Part shown: positions 46,633-48,000 of the stretch, piece by piece
Numbering within the stretch: the stretch's first letter is position 1
Layout: each line of letters begins with the position of its first letter
Origin: Egbenema sp. FJBBOT/2019
GTDB taxonomy: Bacteria > Cyanobacteriota > Cyanobacteriia > Elainellales > Elainellaceae
Direction of reading: 5' to 3'
Assembly: GCF_048077055.1 (NCBI RefSeq)
Contig: NZ_CP182236.1
Coordinates: 7,450,594 to 7,498,593, forward strand
Length of the DNA stretch: 48,000 nucleotides
The notes under the pieces: model-generated
What the model was told of the DNA's origin: nothing
The model's database searches: none
The model's input: the letters and a program-made list of their open reading frames with translations, nothing else
Program-made: the position numbers and the translations under genes

Positions 46633-47531
46633 AGCGTTTCTGGATCAATTCCAGCCGATCGCAGCCGTTCCCGTAGATTGGCTAATTCTGCTTCTGCCTG
46701 TTCAGCCCGCAGTCGTTCTTGTTCTGCTCGTTGGCGTTCTTGTTCTGCTCGTTGTTGCTCTAATTCGGTGTCCGTTGGCACCCAGTTGCCCAGATCGTCG
46801 TACCAGCGTAGCCACAGGCGATCGATTCCTTCAAACTCTCCCTGCCATAGCCCAACACCCAGATTCAGTTCAGCAATCCAGAAGCGGGGTTGGGTAGGGT
46901 TGAGTTCCTGTTCTTGATAGTGACCGCCCACTAGCTTGAAGACCCGGAGGCGATCGGTGCGACGGTTGAACACGAAATAATAAGGAATTCGCAGAATTTG
47001 CTCATAAACCGTCCATTTGCGCGGCGGTGCTTTTTTAATGCTTTGACCGTTGCCCTGAGGGTCAGAAGCAGCTTCAGATAAGCGTTCCTCACCCTCTGCG
47101 ATCGACTCAATCTCTGCCCATTCGCCCAGGTCTTCCTTCTCTGTCCCTGGAGACAGTAGTTCCACCACGACAAAAGGATTCGTGCCCTCCTGCCACACCA
47201 CGTAGCTCGATCGCAGATCAACCTCATCATACAAACGGGGAATCCCTACGACCAGGAACCAATCGGGTCGCTTATACCACTGGGAGTAGCGGACATCATA
47301 GTACAGGTTAATGTCACTGCCGATAAAAATTTGATTGGGCGGGTAACGATGACAGCGAAAGGAGCGTGTCAACAGTTGAGGTTGGAGTCCATGAAATTCA
47401 TCAGGCAAGCCAGGCTCATCCGGGTTTTCACTGGGCAAATCGTACATCGTGGGCAGGGTTTCCCGTGGCGATCGCGGTGGATCGGTTTGGGGCACGGGAT
47501 AGGGCGGATGGTAGGGCGGATAAACCATCAC
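46629..47531 (-). CDS. Uma2-family (DUF820) restriction-endonuclease-like protein
   Basis: [56 protein letters not shown], and a coiled C-terminal tail [21 protein letters not shown], all typical of cyanobacterial Uma2 proteins. Confidence 0.8.
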   Translation of the reverse strand: MMVYPPYHPPYPVPQTDPPRSPRETLPTMYDLPSENPDEPGLPDEFHGLQPQLLTRSFRCHRYPPNQIFIGSDINLYYDVRYSQWYKRPDWFLVVGIPRLYDEVDLRSSYVVWQEGTNPFVVVELLSPGTEKEDLGEWAEIESIAEGEERLSEAASDPQGNGQSIKKAPPRKWTVYEQILRIPYYFVFNRRTDRLRVFKLVGGHYQEQELNPTQPRFWIAELNLGVGLWQGEFEGIDRLWLRWYDDLGNWVPTDTELEQQRAEQERQRAEQERLRAEQAEAELANLRERLRSAGIDPETL

Positions 47532-48000
47532 AACACCCCTTTAGAACTGGGAATCAGATGGGCCCGCCGTGGATCAATTTCGATCGCCATCCGCAGGGCG
47601 CGGGCAAAGGCTTTGAAGGTTGCCTCAATGATGTGATGGGAGTTAACGCCATCGAGCTGGCGAATGTGGAGGGTCATCTGGGAGTGGTTGACGACGGCCA
47701 CAAAAAACTCTCGGACTAGCTGGGTATCATAGCTGCCGACCCGATCGGTGGGGATTTGCAGCCCGTAGCTGAGGTGAGGTCGCCCGGAAAAGTCGAGGGT
47801 GACTTGCACCAGAGCCTCATCCAAGGGCGCGAAGAAATGCCCAAAGCGCACAATACCCTTGCGATCGCCCAATGCCTTTGACAAAGCCTGTCCCAGGGTG
47901 ATGCCGACATCCTCATTGGTGTGATGATCGTCAATTTCCAGATCGCCCGTCGCCTGAATGTCTAAATCAATTAACCCGTGGGACGAAATCTGGTGCAGCA
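47528..48000 (-). CDS. hisB: Imidazoleglycerol-phosphate dehydratase (5' end beyond the window)
   Basis: The frame is open to the window edge: ...[36 protein letters not shown]...SGRPHL...[12 protein letters not shown]....MTLHI....[19 protein letters not shown]. The stop overlaps the Uma2 start (ATGA). Confidence 0.85.
   Translation of the reverse strand, partial: LHQISSHGLIDLDIQATGDLEIDDHHTNEDVGITLGQALSKALGDRKGIVRFGHFFAPLDEALVQVTLDFSGRPHLSYGLQIPTDRVGSYDTQLVREFFVAVVNHSQMTLHIRQLDGVNSHHIIEATFKAFARALRMAIEIDPRRAHLIPSSKGVL

Overview
This is a cyanobacterial chromosome segment. The evidence is a dense scatter of HIP1 GCGATCGC palindromes, heptamer STRR-like repeats, and smtA, hemL, Uma2, DUF4278 and WD40/pentapeptide-tail proteins. 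I recognised no rRNA, tRNA or CRISPR. The left 31 kb is an accessory island. All of the following island genes are on the minus strand: a type I secretion core (an ABC exporter with an N-terminal cNMP-like domain and an apparently inactive C39-like domain, plus HlyD), three paralogous secreted-looking proteins with pre-peptidase C-terminal (PPC) domains (two end in a C2-like beta-sandwich signature), two parvulin/SurA-like proteins, a SnoaL-like protein and two RTX paralogues. Interleaved on the plus strand are three large paralogous STAND proteins of about 1200 aa, each with an N-terminal LuxR/sigma-r4-like HTH, an NB-ARC-type P-loop NTPase and about 14 WD40 repeats. The most striking non-coding signal is a roughly 180-bp intergenic cassette present four times, plus one mini copy. 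It carries helically phased direct repeats: AGTATGG boxes at 12/23-or-33/21 bp and GTTC at 11 bp. It sits upstream of the secretion and cargo transcription units. A related AAGTGTGG box precedes the first two STAND genes, and a different TGTCC array occupies the divergent RTX-2/STAND-3 promoter region. I interpret this as inference only: an NLR-like HTH-STAND regulator family wired to a secretion/cargo regulon. The island also holds an OCD plus PLP-dehydratase pair and a GNAT gene split by an IS630 element with a TA duplication. The right part is mostly housekeeping: a diiron oxygenase-like gene, aroK, a two-component pair, recQ, hemL, smtA, a Uma2 gene and partial hisB. It also encodes an extraordinary secreted Gly/His/Asp 13-aa-repeat acidic protein. 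Two genes (hemL and the third PPC gene) carry 1-nt frameshifts in G/C runs, which look like homopolymer sequencing errors.
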